From positions 2,240,001-2,304,000 of the forward strand of contig OZ240245.1 of assembly GCA_965198175.1 (NCBI GenBank): a stretch of DNA of 64,000 bases, written 5' to 3'. A model generated the notes under the pieces. That model was not told the origin of the DNA. It made no database searches and saw only the letters and a list, made by a program, of their open reading frames with translations. The DNA comes from Candidatus Poribacteria bacterium. Its GTDB lineage: Bacteria; Poribacteria; WGA-4E; PCPOR2b. Numbering within the stretch: the first letter of the stretch is position 1; the number at the start of each line of letters is the position of its first letter. The translations under genes and the position numbers were made by a program. Below, piece after piece: positions 50,975-61,237 of the stretch.

Positions 50975-51308
50975 AGGTCAAGTGACTTTCTCATATTCTC
51001 CTGGTTCCTCCTGGCGCTCCATTACATCGGGCAGTTAGAATTTTCTCAACTCATCAAGAAGGGTGGACGTAGGAACACAATTGCCACCCCGAATATTGAG
51101 GAATTTGCACCAAATGACTCCCGCCTGTTGATGGTTTAGGTCGCTTGGCGTGCAGGCTAACTTACGCAAGGGATCGACCACGTTATAGGCTTCGGTGGTC
51201 TTTACCGCGCTATCAGACAGCATAGGGAAACGACGCGCTTGACTCCGATTCGAAGCTTTTTTGATTGGTCATTGCCCCGATGTAATCAGCGAGGGTTTAG
51301 TCTGTTGG

Positions 51309-51896
51309 TCACAATAATTCTTGCAGAGCTTTCTCATAAATTGCTTTTTCTCCCTGCGCACCATCGAAAACTTGCACGATTCTCCCTTTTCGGTTGATGA
51401 GGTACGCAGAAGGTATCGCAGTCAGTTTATATTTCTCGACGATTTCGGGCTCTGCCAGTAGTATCGTATAGTTGACGCCCAGTCTCTCAATGAAGGGTTC
51501 GATTACCTTGAGCCCCTCGTCATCCAGAGAAATACCGAGCATCTCAAATCCACGTGCGCGATATTGGTCATAGAGTTCGATGAAAATGGGAATCTCCTCT
51601 TCACACGGTTTACACCATGTTGCCCAGAAATCCAGAAGAACGACTTTACCTTCATAGTCCGTGAGGCTAACTTCTTCAAGCTCGGTACTTGCTAACGTAA
51701 AATCGGGAGCAAGCGGCAAGGACGCATCGTCGTCGACGTCCCTGAGCTCCGTCGTGTTGTCATCCTTCGGCGCATCACCATTTGTCATTTTGCCATCATC
51801 AGGGTCTGTTTCCTTGTCGGTGAGATCTTCGGAGCAACTAACAATCATTAAAACCCAGAGGATGAGAGTGAAAATACTTAACAATCTTGAACGCAT
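51309..51896 (-). CDS. TlpA/ResA-family thiol-disulfide oxidoreductase lipoprotein
   Basis: AGGAGG RBS, lipobox IVSC, APDFTL, DFWATWCKPC. Confidence 0.9.
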   Translation of the reverse strand: MRSRLLSIFTLILWVLMIVSCSEDLTDKETDPDDGKMTNGDAPKDDNTTELRDVDDDASLPLAPDFTLASTELEEVSLTDYEGKVVLLDFWATWCKPCEEEIPIFIELYDQYRARGFEMLGISLDDEGLKVIEPFIERLGVNYTILLAEPEIVEKYKLTAIPSAYLINRKGRIVQVFDGAQGEKAIYEKALQELL

Positions 51897-52311
51897 ATTT
51901 TGCCTCCTAAAAAGCAGCACTACTTTTGTTATCTTATATCTCCTGATAGGCTGAGACTTCGACACTTTATTTGGCGCCACGACTGTGATTTTGGCACAGA
52001 AGGACAGCTAGCAACTCCCATGCTATGAATAGAATCTCTGCCCGATTCTCCAGTGGGGATTGTGGAATAAGCTCGGAACAATAGCAGCATGACTTAAGCA
52101 GAAGCGAATAGAAATACCCCGACGAAAGGATGTTTGTGCCACGTCTTTTCTGCACATTTTAGACAACTTTCAGCACCGGAATCGCACAATTTGGGGCAAT
52201 CCCCAAAGATAGAGAGAAATCCGTTAAAGCCAGCCAAAGCGTCGAGTGAAGACACAAACACACAGCGGCGAAAAATCGTCATCTGTTCTTCAGAACCTTT
52301 CAAAGATTCGC

Positions 52312-53253
52312 TTACTCACTCAATCGTAAGATGGTGCCATTCGCTCCCACAATCCAACCTCGATTTTTATAGATGCAAATGTCCAGAAGGTTTTGCTTGG
52401 CTGTGCTCGATTGTACCGCCCAATTATGTCCGCCATCAGTCGTGTGTAAAATCAACCCATCTTCGCCGATTGCCCAGCCTATTCGTGCTTTCTGAAATGC
52501 GACACCACGCAAAGTTTTCTTTGTATTACTCTTCTGTTTCGCCCAGGTTGTGCCACCATCGGTTGTGTGCAAAATCAAACCGTTAACGCCAACAATCCAC
52601 CCGTTCTGCAGATCGGTGAAATAGACATTGAGCAGTGACTCTTCCGAATTGCTCTGTTGTTCATGCCAGTATGCTCCGCCGTCGCGGGTATGAGAAATGT
52701 TACCTTGCTCTCCAACAATCCAGCCATTCTGATTGTCAACAAAATTCACCGCCCATGCGTGTGTAGCAGCGGGTGACTGTTGTTTTTCCCACCGGCGACC
52801 GCCATTATTCGTGTGGAGAATCGCGCCGCTTCCCCCGACCACCCAACCTTCTACTGGACTCACAAAGTAAAGGTCCAACAATCCATTTTGCGCGGAATTT
52901 CCTTGTCTTGTCCACGATTTGCCGCCGCTTGCGGTGTAATGAATTTGTCCCATCGTATTGATAAGCCAACCGTGGGTCAAGGTCGAAAAATGCACCTTGT
53001 TGATTACTGACTTGGAGATTGCGTTCCTGGGCGATTGTATTGTCCACGTCAAGCCGCCATCCGTTGTGGCCAAAACTACACTGTCAGTGCCAACTGCCCA
53101 TCCATGTCTAGTATCAAAGAAATGTACTCCGTATAAGTGAGCATCTGTCCCTGATTCGATGTATTTCCAATGGAGCTGCTTGGTATCTTGAACACACCCG
53201 AAATAGGCAATGACACCAATCAAGGCTATCAATGCTGCAGTGTACTTCCTCAA
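52312..53253 (-). CDS. YCF48-like beta-propeller lipoprotein
   Basis: Repeated GW.VG..G.ILHT.DGG.TW BNR blades; lipobox YFGC. Confidence 0.88.
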   Translation of the reverse strand: MRKYTAALIALIGVIAYFGCVQDTKQLHWKYIESGTDAHLYGVHFFDTRHGWAVGTDSVVLATTDGGLTWTIQSPRNAISKSVINKVHFSTLTHGWLINTMGQIHYTASGGKSWTRQGNSAQNGLLDLYFVSPVEGWVVGGSGAILHTNNGGRRWEKQQSPAATHAWAVNFVDNQNGWIVGEQGNISHTRDGGAYWHEQQSNSEESLLNVYFTDLQNGWIVGVNGLILHTTDGGTTWAKQKSNTKKTLRGVAFQKARIGWAIGEDGLILHTTDGGHNWAVQSSTAKQNLLDICIYKNRGWIVGANGTILRLSE

Positions 53254-53436
53254 GTTGTGTCTCCTTCGTCTTCTTCTTGAGTCTAGTCTGATTAGATGTC
53301 CAAACTATTTAACAAATCTCGTGAGAGTTTTCAGCAGACTCACCTCGGTCACAATGTACTTTGTCTCTTTGTTTCAAGATAGCCTCTAAAGTTTCAAGAA
53401 AAAAACTGGGCGCCGGGTAGAGGAATGGATTTTCTG

Positions 53437-53465
53437 TTGACAAATCGTTAAGGGTATGATATGCT
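53437..53465 (+). promoter_or_regulatory. Sigma70-type promoter
   Basis: TTGACA-N17-TATGCT with TG extension. Confidence 0.65.
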
Positions 53466-53518
53466 ATCACCATCTCATAAAGCGAAAGGGGGTGATCATT
53501 CTGTTATTTAGCGGAATG

Positions 53519-53562
53519 GTCGAGGGAGGTGCGACTTTCTAGAAAGTCGCACCTCCCTCGAC
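53519..53562. repeat. Perfect 44-bp palindrome
   Basis: GTCGAGGGAGGTGCGACTTTCT/AGAAAGTCGCACCTCCCTCGAC. Confidence 0.9.
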
Positions 53563-53577
53563 TGTTACTCCAGCTAT

Positions 53578-53610
53578 AAGCGGGGCTATATTTTAGCCCT
53601 GCTTTTTTAT
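53578..53610 (+). terminator. Intrinsic terminator
   Basis: AAGCGGGGCTA-tatt-TTAGCCCTGCTT hairpin running into a T-tract. Confidence 0.7.
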
Positions 53611-53708
53611 TGCTATCAAACACAAAATAGTATATACTCATCGCTTCGAGAATTCGGAAAAACAGATCGAATTGACACCTTATTACCTCTGAAAAAGGAA
53701 GAACAAAA

Positions 53709-54506
53709 ATGATTCGCGTCATTGTTGATGGTGTTTGTGGACGAATGGGCAAACTGATTACACAAGGTGTTACCCGCCAAGAGGATATGCAACTCGTTGG
53801 CGCGGTTGAATACGCCACGCACCCCCAAGTTGGTGAGGATGCTGGCGAGATTACGGGGGTAAGATCGCTTGGTGTTCCCGTGAGTAGCAACCTTTCTGAA
53901 ATTGTCAAAGGCAGCGATGTTGTCATTGAATTTTCGAAACCGGAAGCGACCATTGAAAACCTCCGAACTGTCATTGAAGCAAACCGAGCGATGGTGATTG
54001 GAACAACTGGATTTACCGATAAAGAACTCGCCGAGGTGCATGAACTCACGACCAAAATTCGGTGCGTGATGGCGCCGAATATGAGTGTTGGCGTCAACGT
54101 AATGTTACAGGCGATTCAACTAGTTGCAAAAGCACTCGGTACTGACTACGATGTTGAGGTCATTGAAACTCACCATAACCAAAAGGTGGACGCTCCAAGC
54201 GGGACCGCGCTCCGCATAGCCGAAACCCTCGCTGTCGCCCTTGACAGAAGTCTTCCCGATGTGGGAGTTTACGGTAGGCATGGGATTGTGGGGAAACGTC
54301 CAGAAAAGGAGATTGGGATACACGCCATTCGCGGTGGCGATATCGCTGGCGATCACACAGTACTTTTCGCTGGTGTGGGTGAGCGAATTGAGATTGTGCA
54401 TCGAGCACAGACGCCAGAAGCGTTTGCCAGAGGTGCAATTCGTGCGGCAAGATGGGTTGTAGCAGCACCGCAGGGGCTGCATGACATCGGAGAAGTTTTG
54501 TTCTGA
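53709..54506 (+). CDS. dapB: 4-hydroxy-tetrahydrodipicolinate reductase
   Basis: GRMG, GTTG, APNMS, ETHHNQKVDAPSGTA, FARGA. Confidence 0.97.
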   Translation: MIRVIVDGVCGRMGKLITQGVTRQEDMQLVGAVEYATHPQVGEDAGEITGVRSLGVPVSSNLSEIVKGSDVVIEFSKPEATIENLRTVIEANRAMVIGTTGFTDKELAEVHELTTKIRCVMAPNMSVGVNVMLQAIQLVAKALGTDYDVEVIETHHNQKVDAPSGTALRIAETLAVALDRSLPDVGVYGRHGIVGKRPEKEIGIHAIRGGDIAGDHTVLFAGVGERIEIVHRAQTPEAFARGAIRAARWVVAAPQGLHDIGEVLF

Positions 54507-54539
54507 CATGTGAAACGTAGAGTGACATATTTTTAGTCG

Positions 54540-55247
54540 TCAATTAGTACCGCAATCATATTGGGGCTTGGTTGGTGATAGTACGCCTTTCTGCTGGTGT
54601 GTCTGTATGTCTCGTAGATTCGAGATAGATTGCATGATTTGTTCGCCTATACGTCGATGCGCTTCTCGTTTGTCTGCAATTTTAAGAATCCCTGTAAAAT
54701 CTATGGGAGGACCAAAGGTCACGTTGAGTTTCGCCGGTCTCAACCATTTCGCATTGCGGGGCATCATCTGTTCTGCCCCCTTGAGAAAGACGGGAATAGT
54801 AGGAACATTGGCGCGATAAACGATGAAACTCGCCCCGCCGAGAGCCTTGCCCAAGACGCCACCGGCACCGCGTGTGCCTTCGGGAAAGATGAGAACGGCG
54901 TTGCCCGTTTTCAAGAGGGATAGCGTGTGCTTGAGAGCGGTTCGATCAGCTTTACCTCGATGCACGGGGTAGGCGTTGAGCGCGGCGATCAGCCAACGCA
55001 GGCCTGGAACCCGAAACAAATTGTGCCTAGCCATGAAATGGAGTTCTCGGTTTACAGCGGTTCCGATGATGACAGGATCGGGGAGACTCACATGGTTCGA
55101 CACCAAAAGAACACCGCCATGCGGAGGAACATTTTCACTGCCGTAGGATTCAAGCTTTCCTAGGGCGTTAAAGAAAAAGGAGGTAATCCGGTGCGTCCGA
55201 CGATAAACAGGCTGATGTGTCCGAAAGCTGTATTTCCGCCGTTGCAT
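54540..55247 (-). CDS. plsC: 1-acyl-sn-glycerol-3-phosphate acyltransferase
   Basis: NHVSLPD, IFPEGTR. Confidence 0.9.
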   Translation of the reverse strand: MQRRKYSFRTHQPVYRRTHRITSFFFNALGKLESYGSENVPPHGGVLLVSNHVSLPDPVIIGTAVNRELHFMARHNLFRVPGLRWLIAALNAYPVHRGKADRTALKHTLSLLKTGNAVLIFPEGTRGAGGVLGKALGGASFIVYRANVPTIPVFLKGAEQMMPRNAKWLRPAKLNVTFGPPIDFTGILKIADKREAHRRIGEQIMQSISNLRDIQTHQQKGVLSPTKPQYDCGTN

Positions 55248-55921
55248 TATAGACCTCGAATCTGTTCTATAACAAAATCAACGACTTGATTGATTGTCAT
55301 ATCGGTTGTGTTGACAACGATAGCATCTTCGGCTGTTCGTAGGGGGCTATGTTCACGAGAGCAATCCTTAGCATCCCGGGCGCAGATTTCCTCTTGAATC
55401 CCCTCTAGCGTGCAATCAACCCCTTTGGCTTTCAGTTCTGTGAACCGTCGCCTTGCCCGTTCTTCGACTGAGGCAGTTAGATAAAATTTGTGATCCGCGT
55501 TCGGAAACACAACTGTCGTGACATCGCGACCTTCGGCAATGATCGCACTATTTTCGCCTATCCGGCGCTGCTGCTTGACAATTTCATTTCGCAGTTCAGG
55601 GACCCTTGAAATGTCTGAGACCACACTGTTAATCTCCGGCGTTCGGATTGCATCTGAGACATCTTCGCCATTGAGCAACGTAATCTTTCCGTTATCAGCG
55701 AAGTCGATTTGACACGTCTGCACTAGCCGAATCAACCCTGGAATATTTGTCGGAGATACACCCGTGCGAATGAATTGTAGAGTTACTGCACGGTACATCG
55801 CACCGGAATCAAGGTAGAGACAGTCCAACTTCTCGGCGACGCATTGAGTGACCGTGCTCTTGCCTGAACCGGCAGGTCCGTCTATAGCAATCGTCAAGCG
55901 TCTATTAGTCATCCCTCCCAC
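55247..55921 (-). CDS. cmk: Cytidylate kinase
   Basis: IAIDGPAGSGKST, DSGAMYR, EGRD, RD..D..R..SPL. Confidence 0.96.
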   Translation of the reverse strand: MGGMTNRRLTIAIDGPAGSGKSTVTQCVAEKLDCLYLDSGAMYRAVTLQFIRTGVSPTNIPGLIRLVQTCQIDFADNGKITLLNGEDVSDAIRTPEINSVVSDISRVPELRNEIVKQQRRIGENSAIIAEGRDVTTVVFPNADHKFYLTASVEERARRRFTELKAKGVDCTLEGIQEEICARDAKDCSREHSPLRTAEDAIVVNTTDMTINQVVDFVIEQIRGL

Positions 55922-56814
55922 GAGTCCCTTATGCTTTTTGAGGCTTTCAGGATGCGCTCAATTTCGTTTACGTTTCGATCCTCAAGTAAAGATTTAAATT
56001 GGGAAAGATTCTCAATCACGGCATCAATCATCGGTTGTAGTGCAGGAGTGTTCTGCAAAAAAATACCTCTCCAAATCTCCGGTGAACCGGAGGCAATTCG
56101 TGTGGTATCGCGGAAGCCATTCGCAGCGAAGTCCAATGCCTTTACGGAATCAGCCTCAATCCGTCCCACCGTATTTGTCAAAATGGAAGCAATCAGGTGT
56201 GGAAGATGGCTTGCGCCTGCGATAAGAAGGTCATGCTGATCTGGATCAAGCAGATGAACTTTTGCCCCAACGAACTTCCAAAGCTCAATAACGCATGCTA
56301 ACGCCTGCGAGTCGGTATCTTCAGTTGGCGTCACAATGCACTTTGCCTCTTTGAAAAGATCTGCACGAGCAGAAGCAACTCCAGTTTTTTCAGAGCCTGC
56401 CATTGGATGCGATCCAACAAATCGCAAGTTCTTACGTTTTTGAGCTTTCAGGAAACTATTGACTTCTTTAACAATCTGTCCTTTGACGCCACCGACATCG
56501 GTGATAAACAAAGATGCTGAGTCAGATCTAATGCTCTCGGCGCACTTTGAGACACGCTTCACTGTGGATGTTACGCGATCTACAGGGATACCAATGACAA
56601 CGAGATCAGTGTCACGAATTGCTGCTGCAAAGTCCGTTGTACCATGGTCAATCGCACCGCGTTCGAGAGCAACTTCGAGCGTGCTCATTCGCCTTCCCAG
56701 CCCGATGATTTTGCCTCGGAAACCCTTAGCTTTCAGGGCTAATCCGATCGATCCACCAATCAAACCGGCGCCCAAGATTGTAATATTTCGAATCTTGAGA
56801 AAGTCATCAGTCAT
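55909..56814 (-). CDS. tyrA: Prephenate dehydrogenase
   Basis: GAGLIGGS, DVGGVK, HPMAGSE, SHLPH, GFRDTTRIA. Confidence 0.93.
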   Translation of the reverse strand: MTDDFLKIRNITILGAGLIGGSIGLALKAKGFRGKIIGLGRRMSTLEVALERGAIDHGTTDFAAAIRDTDLVVIGIPVDRVTSTVKRVSKCAESIRSDSASLFITDVGGVKGQIVKEVNSFLKAQKRKNLRFVGSHPMAGSEKTGVASARADLFKEAKCIVTPTEDTDSQALACVIELWKFVGAKVHLLDPDQHDLLIAGASHLPHLIASILTNTVGRIEADSVKALDFAANGFRDTTRIASGSPEIWRGIFLQNTPALQPMIDAVIENLSQFKSLLEDRNVNEIERILKASKSIRDSWEG

Positions 56815-57428
56815 GTTTTGCGTATGTCTCTCGATCTGTCAAGTAGGCAAATCTGCGTCGCGGCAGACCTACTGTCTCTCGGGGACGAATTCTACTATCT
56901 GCTGCAGGAAGTCCTGAAATCAACGCTTGTGTGAGCCCGCTTCTTCTTGTACCGTATGTTGTACGCAGATTTCTTCGCACCAAATATTGCGCAGCTAGTC
57001 TTTAATAATGGTGCTCATCGGCGCATCTATTACCCTGGAATATTCCCTAAACCACTGAAGCATTTTCTTCCATTCTCATGTTAAACAGCTTCCCTCTTGT
57101 TCGTATTTGCTAAAGCCCTCTTCTGTAGTTACCCGTAACGGCATTATATCATTCTGTTGATACCCTGTCAACCACAAAAGCCTTCTGCTACAGAGTGGCG
57201 AAACGAACGGGTGAGCAGGCTTAAAGCCTACCGCTTCTCGCCCGGCGGCAACCGGCTACCAATCGCTTAAAATCTAGGTCTGGCTTGGCTATCTGTGCCG
57301 AATTGACGACGCATAAACTCCTGAGATCTTATGTAGAACTGACAGTTTTTAATTGTATAGTAAGGGACAATAGGGGGAAGCGAGGAAAAAGAAGAGTGGG
57401 TTTGTTTCACACATTAAATCTTCGAATC

Positions 57429-58490
57429 TTACTTAGGCACTAGGTTTTGTAAGTCTTCTTCAAGACTCTTAATCGCTGCAAGAACACTCGGATCCGGATA
57501 AAGCTGGTGTGCTTTCTGGTAGGCTCTAAGGGCGGCTTCTGGGTCCTGGCGGAAGGCATGATTTATCTCTCCCATTTTCTGCCATGCATCAATTCGGCTT
57601 GGATCAAGATCCACAATGTGTTCATAGACCTTGAGCGCTTCGTCGTAGAAACGGACATCTCCCACGCCACGCTCAAGGCCTTGTGCCTGATCGTAGAGCA
57701 AATTGATAAGGTCTTCTTTCGCCTCAGTAAAGTTCGGCCGGATTGCCACAACTTCCTCAAGAATCGCAATTGCATTATCCGTCAACTCTCCAATTTCGGT
57801 AAGTTCCGCGGCTGTCAGGTCGCGGTCAACATACTCGAAATCTTGGACGATTCGCCTATAGGTTCGTGAAAGCTGCAATCGGGCGAGCAAACCGATTGGC
57901 GCCGGTTCAAACGGCAATTGGACTAATGCGGGGTCGTTTTTGATAGCCTGCTTGTGGTAGTAAATGGCTTCCTTGTAATGTTTTGCGCCTTGATATAATA
58001 ACCCTAAGGTATAACATGCTTCTGGATGAGTTGAGTCTTTTTCGAGCACATGAAGAAATTCTTCTGTTGCCGCAGCCTTTTCACCATACCCGAACAGCAA
58101 CTTTCCGCGGAGCAGATGTACACCAAAGTGATCTGGTTGAATTTTCGCTACGTGCTCAAGATGCGCTTCTGAATCTTCATTCCAGTTGCTGTGAAAGTAA
58201 ATTTCAGCGACCCGCAAGTGAGCATGAAGCAAGCTCTTGTCCAATCGATCTGTCCGATCTGACCATTCCTGCTTTGACATTTCGACGGATTGAATTGCTC
58301 GCCAGTAGGCAACCAGCGCTCTCACTAAATCCTGTCTGGCGAAGTCAGCGTCGCCTTGTTTGATGAACGCTTGTGCCTGCGTTAGAGATGGTGAGATTGC
58401 CTCGGTACCAGCGCCCTTTGTATACAGGAACATTAGGACGATAAATAAGAGCACAACCATTGCTTCGAGGTAGAGTAACCACTTGCGCAT
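57429..58490 (-). CDS. Membrane-anchored TPR protein
   Basis: N-terminal TM segment, multiple TPR motifs. Confidence 0.8.
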   Translation of the reverse strand: MRKWLLYLEAMVVLLFIVLMFLYTKGAGTEAISPSLTQAQAFIKQGDADFARQDLVRALVAYWRAIQSVEMSKQEWSDRTDRLDKSLLHAHLRVAEIYFHSNWNEDSEAHLEHVAKIQPDHFGVHLLRGKLLFGYGEKAAATEEFLHVLEKDSTHPEACYTLGLLYQGAKHYKEAIYYHKQAIKNDPALVQLPFEPAPIGLLARLQLSRTYRRIVQDFEYVDRDLTAAELTEIGELTDNAIAILEEVVAIRPNFTEAKEDLINLLYDQAQGLERGVGDVRFYDEALKVYEHIVDLDPSRIDAWQKMGEINHAFRQDPEAALRAYQKAHQLYPDPSVLAAIKSLEEDLQNLVPK

Positions 58491-58554
58491 AAAAATTTCC
58501 TTTCATCAGTGAAACGAAAAACTGAAACTTCATGCTTCACTCGCTTCATATCTT

Positions 58555-60408
58555 TTACTGAATATCCTCCACAAGTGTCAAGAATTCTTTAGAATCAACA
58601 AATTTTTCAATCCGTTTTTGATGTAACTCATTGCCTTTAGAGTCATAGAAAATCACAACAGGCAAGCCAACAATGCTGTATTTTTTCTTCAGCCGCTCAA
58701 CTTCATCTGAATTTCTAGTGAAGTCCAGCTTGATATTTACAAATTGCGATAGTTTCGATTGCACGGTGGGATTGGAATAGGTTTTGTGGTCCAGTTCGTT
58801 GCAAGCAGCGCACCATGTTGCGTAGAAATCGAGCATGACAGGTTTACCTTCTCTTTGCGCAATCTCTATCCCTTTCGCTTCACTGATAACCCAGTCTAAA
58901 TCACTTTCCACTGTTGTCAAGCCGCCAATTATCATGTACAATCCAATAACCGCGAACAAAATTCCAAAAGCCTTACGAAACCGCACCCAACGGGACAGAT
59001 CTTTGAACCGCTGCCTAAAGTTTCCTAGCAGTACGCCGAGCAGCACTAACACCCCGGCAATGGCGAAAAACTCCCAAGAATGTCGTAGGAAAGTTCGCAA
59101 CGGTTCGATGACATCTTTGAGAAAATACAATGCCACCGTTATAATCGCAACGCCAAATATGTTCTCCAGTACATACATCCAGACGCCGGATCGCGGTAGA
59201 ATGACGCCTGAAAACGTACCGATCACGATGAACAACAACCCCATACCGAGGGCATAGGTGAGCATTAGCCAGAATCCAAGAAAAATGTCGCTTGTTGTGG
59301 CAATGTAAGCGAGAACTGCGCCCAATGCAGGTCCTGTGCAAGGCGCAGCGATTATTCCTGCAACGGTGCCCATTCCAAATGCCCCGGCAAATCCGACGCC
59401 ACCGACACGATTTAGCTTGTTTTGTACTGCGTGAGGCAGACGAATCTCGTACAGGCCAATCATTGAAAGTCCAAGCGCAATCAAGACTGCACAAACAGGA
59501 ATTATCACTCTTGCGTCCGCCATAATTTCCCCAAAAACTGCCCCGGTTTGGGCAACAGCCATACCCAGGATTGCATAGGTTAGCGCAATACCTAGCACAT
59601 AAGTTACAGACAAAAGAAAGGATCTGAAGCGATTTGTAGATTCACCTGCCCCAAAGACCGAAACGGTAATTGGAATTAGTGGGTAAACACACGGTGTAAG
59701 GCTTGTGAGAATTCCGCCTCCAAACACTAAGAGAAATGCCCAGAAAAGACCTTTCGATAACGCTTGAGACAACTTCCCGGTCTCACTCGTTGTAATCGCG
59801 CGGTTAGCCAAATTGCCGAAATTTACACCGGCAAAGATTTCATTGTTAATTGGTTGGATTGACTCGTTCAGCCCTACAACCTCAATTGGCACATCCACCG
59901 TGATTGTCTTTGGTAACAGGCAGGTTTCGTCACTACACGCCTGGTATTTCAATTGAAACGACAGTGTTTTCTTACCGAGTTGGGCAGTTTCACTCAAAGT
60001 TGCCTGAATACCGATTGTTACTTCATTATGGTAGACGGGCACGGGATCTTCACCAAGGGATGCAATCTTCAATAAATCGCCCTTTGGATATACAATTTCT
60101 TTGAAGGTCACATCCGTTATGTCGGGGAGGATAGCTTCGGTCGGTATCAAGTAGTCCCCTCCGGAAGGATTCGCATTCGCGTGCCACCCTTTCGCAAACT
60201 TCATCACAATACCAATGAGGAACATACTGCCAGGCTGCACCTTATCCACCGACAATACATCATGCACTGTGACAATTTTAGTTGTTTCGGGTTTCTCCTG
60301 CGGCAGTCCGAGGCTTGAGAGTTGTGCCCAAGGGGTGATAGGCATACCGATGTATAAAGAAATAAAGAGTAAGGACAATCCGAGGGTGGAAATCGACTTT
60401 CTAATCAT
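58555..60408 (-). CDS. dsbD: Thiol:disulfide interchange protein DsbD
   Basis: YQACSDETCLLP, SLTPCVYP, APCTGP, DFYATWCAAC. Confidence 0.93.
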   Translation of the reverse strand: MIRKSISTLGLSLLFISLYIGMPITPWAQLSSLGLPQEKPETTKIVTVHDVLSVDKVQPGSMFLIGIVMKFAKGWHANANPSGGDYLIPTEAILPDITDVTFKEIVYPKGDLLKIASLGEDPVPVYHNEVTIGIQATLSETAQLGKKTLSFQLKYQACSDETCLLPKTITVDVPIEVVGLNESIQPINNEIFAGVNFGNLANRAITTSETGKLSQALSKGLFWAFLLVFGGGILTSLTPCVYPLIPITVSVFGAGESTNRFRSFLLSVTYVLGIALTYAILGMAVAQTGAVFGEIMADARVIIPVCAVLIALGLSMIGLYEIRLPHAVQNKLNRVGGVGFAGAFGMGTVAGIIAAPCTGPALGAVLAYIATTSDIFLGFWLMLTYALGMGLLFIVIGTFSGVILPRSGVWMYVLENIFGVAIITVALYFLKDVIEPLRTFLRHSWEFFAIAGVLVLLGVLLGNFRQRFKDLSRWVRFRKAFGILFAVIGLYMIIGGLTTVESDLDWVISEAKGIEIAQREGKPVMLDFYATWCAACNELDHKTYSNPTVQSKLSQFVNIKLDFTRNSDEVERLKKKYSIVGLPVVIFYDSKGNELHQKRIEKFVDSKEFLTLVEDIQ

Positions 60409-60585
60409 CGTTAAAATCTCCTTTAGTGGAGGGATAACACAAACCAGTGCACTGTGTGAGCAAAACCTTAGTCATGCCTATCGCGAAGATTCCCTGTGAA
60501 GGCAACCGGGTAAAACGGCTGTTTTTTTAATTTCTGAATTCACTATCAATCCGTAAAATCCCACCGTCTGTTTCTAAACCTCGTG

Positions 60586-61233
60586 TCATCTTCCTCTAGC
60601 AATTTGTTGTAGAGCCGCAGCTTGTAATTCTGCACGGTATCTCAATCCAGACGCTTCGGCATTTTGCAGGCTCATCAAGAGATCGGTTTTTAACTCTTTA
60701 AGGGTTGCCCAGCGAGCGTCAGCAATCTCTTTTGTATCCACTGGCCGTAGGTGACCACCGACTGCTTGAGCGGTAAACACGTGAGATGTCCAGAAAACAA
60801 CTGTATCCTCAAATGAAAAGTCAACATACACCTTAAGGAGATATTTCTGAAGTTGTATTTCTAAACCCGTCTCTTCGTACGCTTCACGCAGTACCCCAGT
60901 TTCAAAGTCCTCCCCCGGCTCAATACCACCACTAGGTGGACGGTAAACACCAGGAGGATAGCTTGGTTTTCGGATAACAGCGATTTTATCCCCTTTGAAA
61001 ATAAAGGGTGTTACATCGTGAGCCCTTCCATCTCTCATACTCCACTGCAGTAGTTCAAACGACTGCTGATTCATCGCGTAGGCGGTGCGAAGGATCTGTG
61101 GTACTCCATACTTCTGTTCGAGTTGATTTAAAACTTGCTCGGTGACATACATGTTGCAGCGCTGAAGCGTGAGGCGTAAGCGGTGAATGTGCTTCTGAGC
61201 AAAAAAAGGGATATCCCTAATCGGATCTGTCAA
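60586..61233 (-). CDS. NUDIX hydrolase (true start may be downstream, MYVTEQ)
   Basis: GGIEPGEDFETGVLREAYEETGL Nudix box. Confidence 0.88.
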   Translation of the reverse strand: MTDPIRDIPFFAQKHIHRLRLTLQRCNMYVTEQVLNQLEQKYGVPQILRTAYAMNQQSFELLQWSMRDGRAHDVTPFIFKGDKIAVIRKPSYPPGVYRPPSGGIEPGEDFETGVLREAYEETGLEIQLQKYLLKVYVDFSFEDTVVFWTSHVFTAQAVGGHLRPVDTKEIADARWATLKELKTDLLMSLQNAEASGLRYRAELQAAALQQIARGR

Positions 61234-61237
61234 TTTG

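Noticed and set aside
56915..57080. Possible eroded ribbon-helix-helix gene on the minus strand (MLQWFREYSRVIDAPMSTIIKD)
   Set aside because: Too short and interrupted to support a call.
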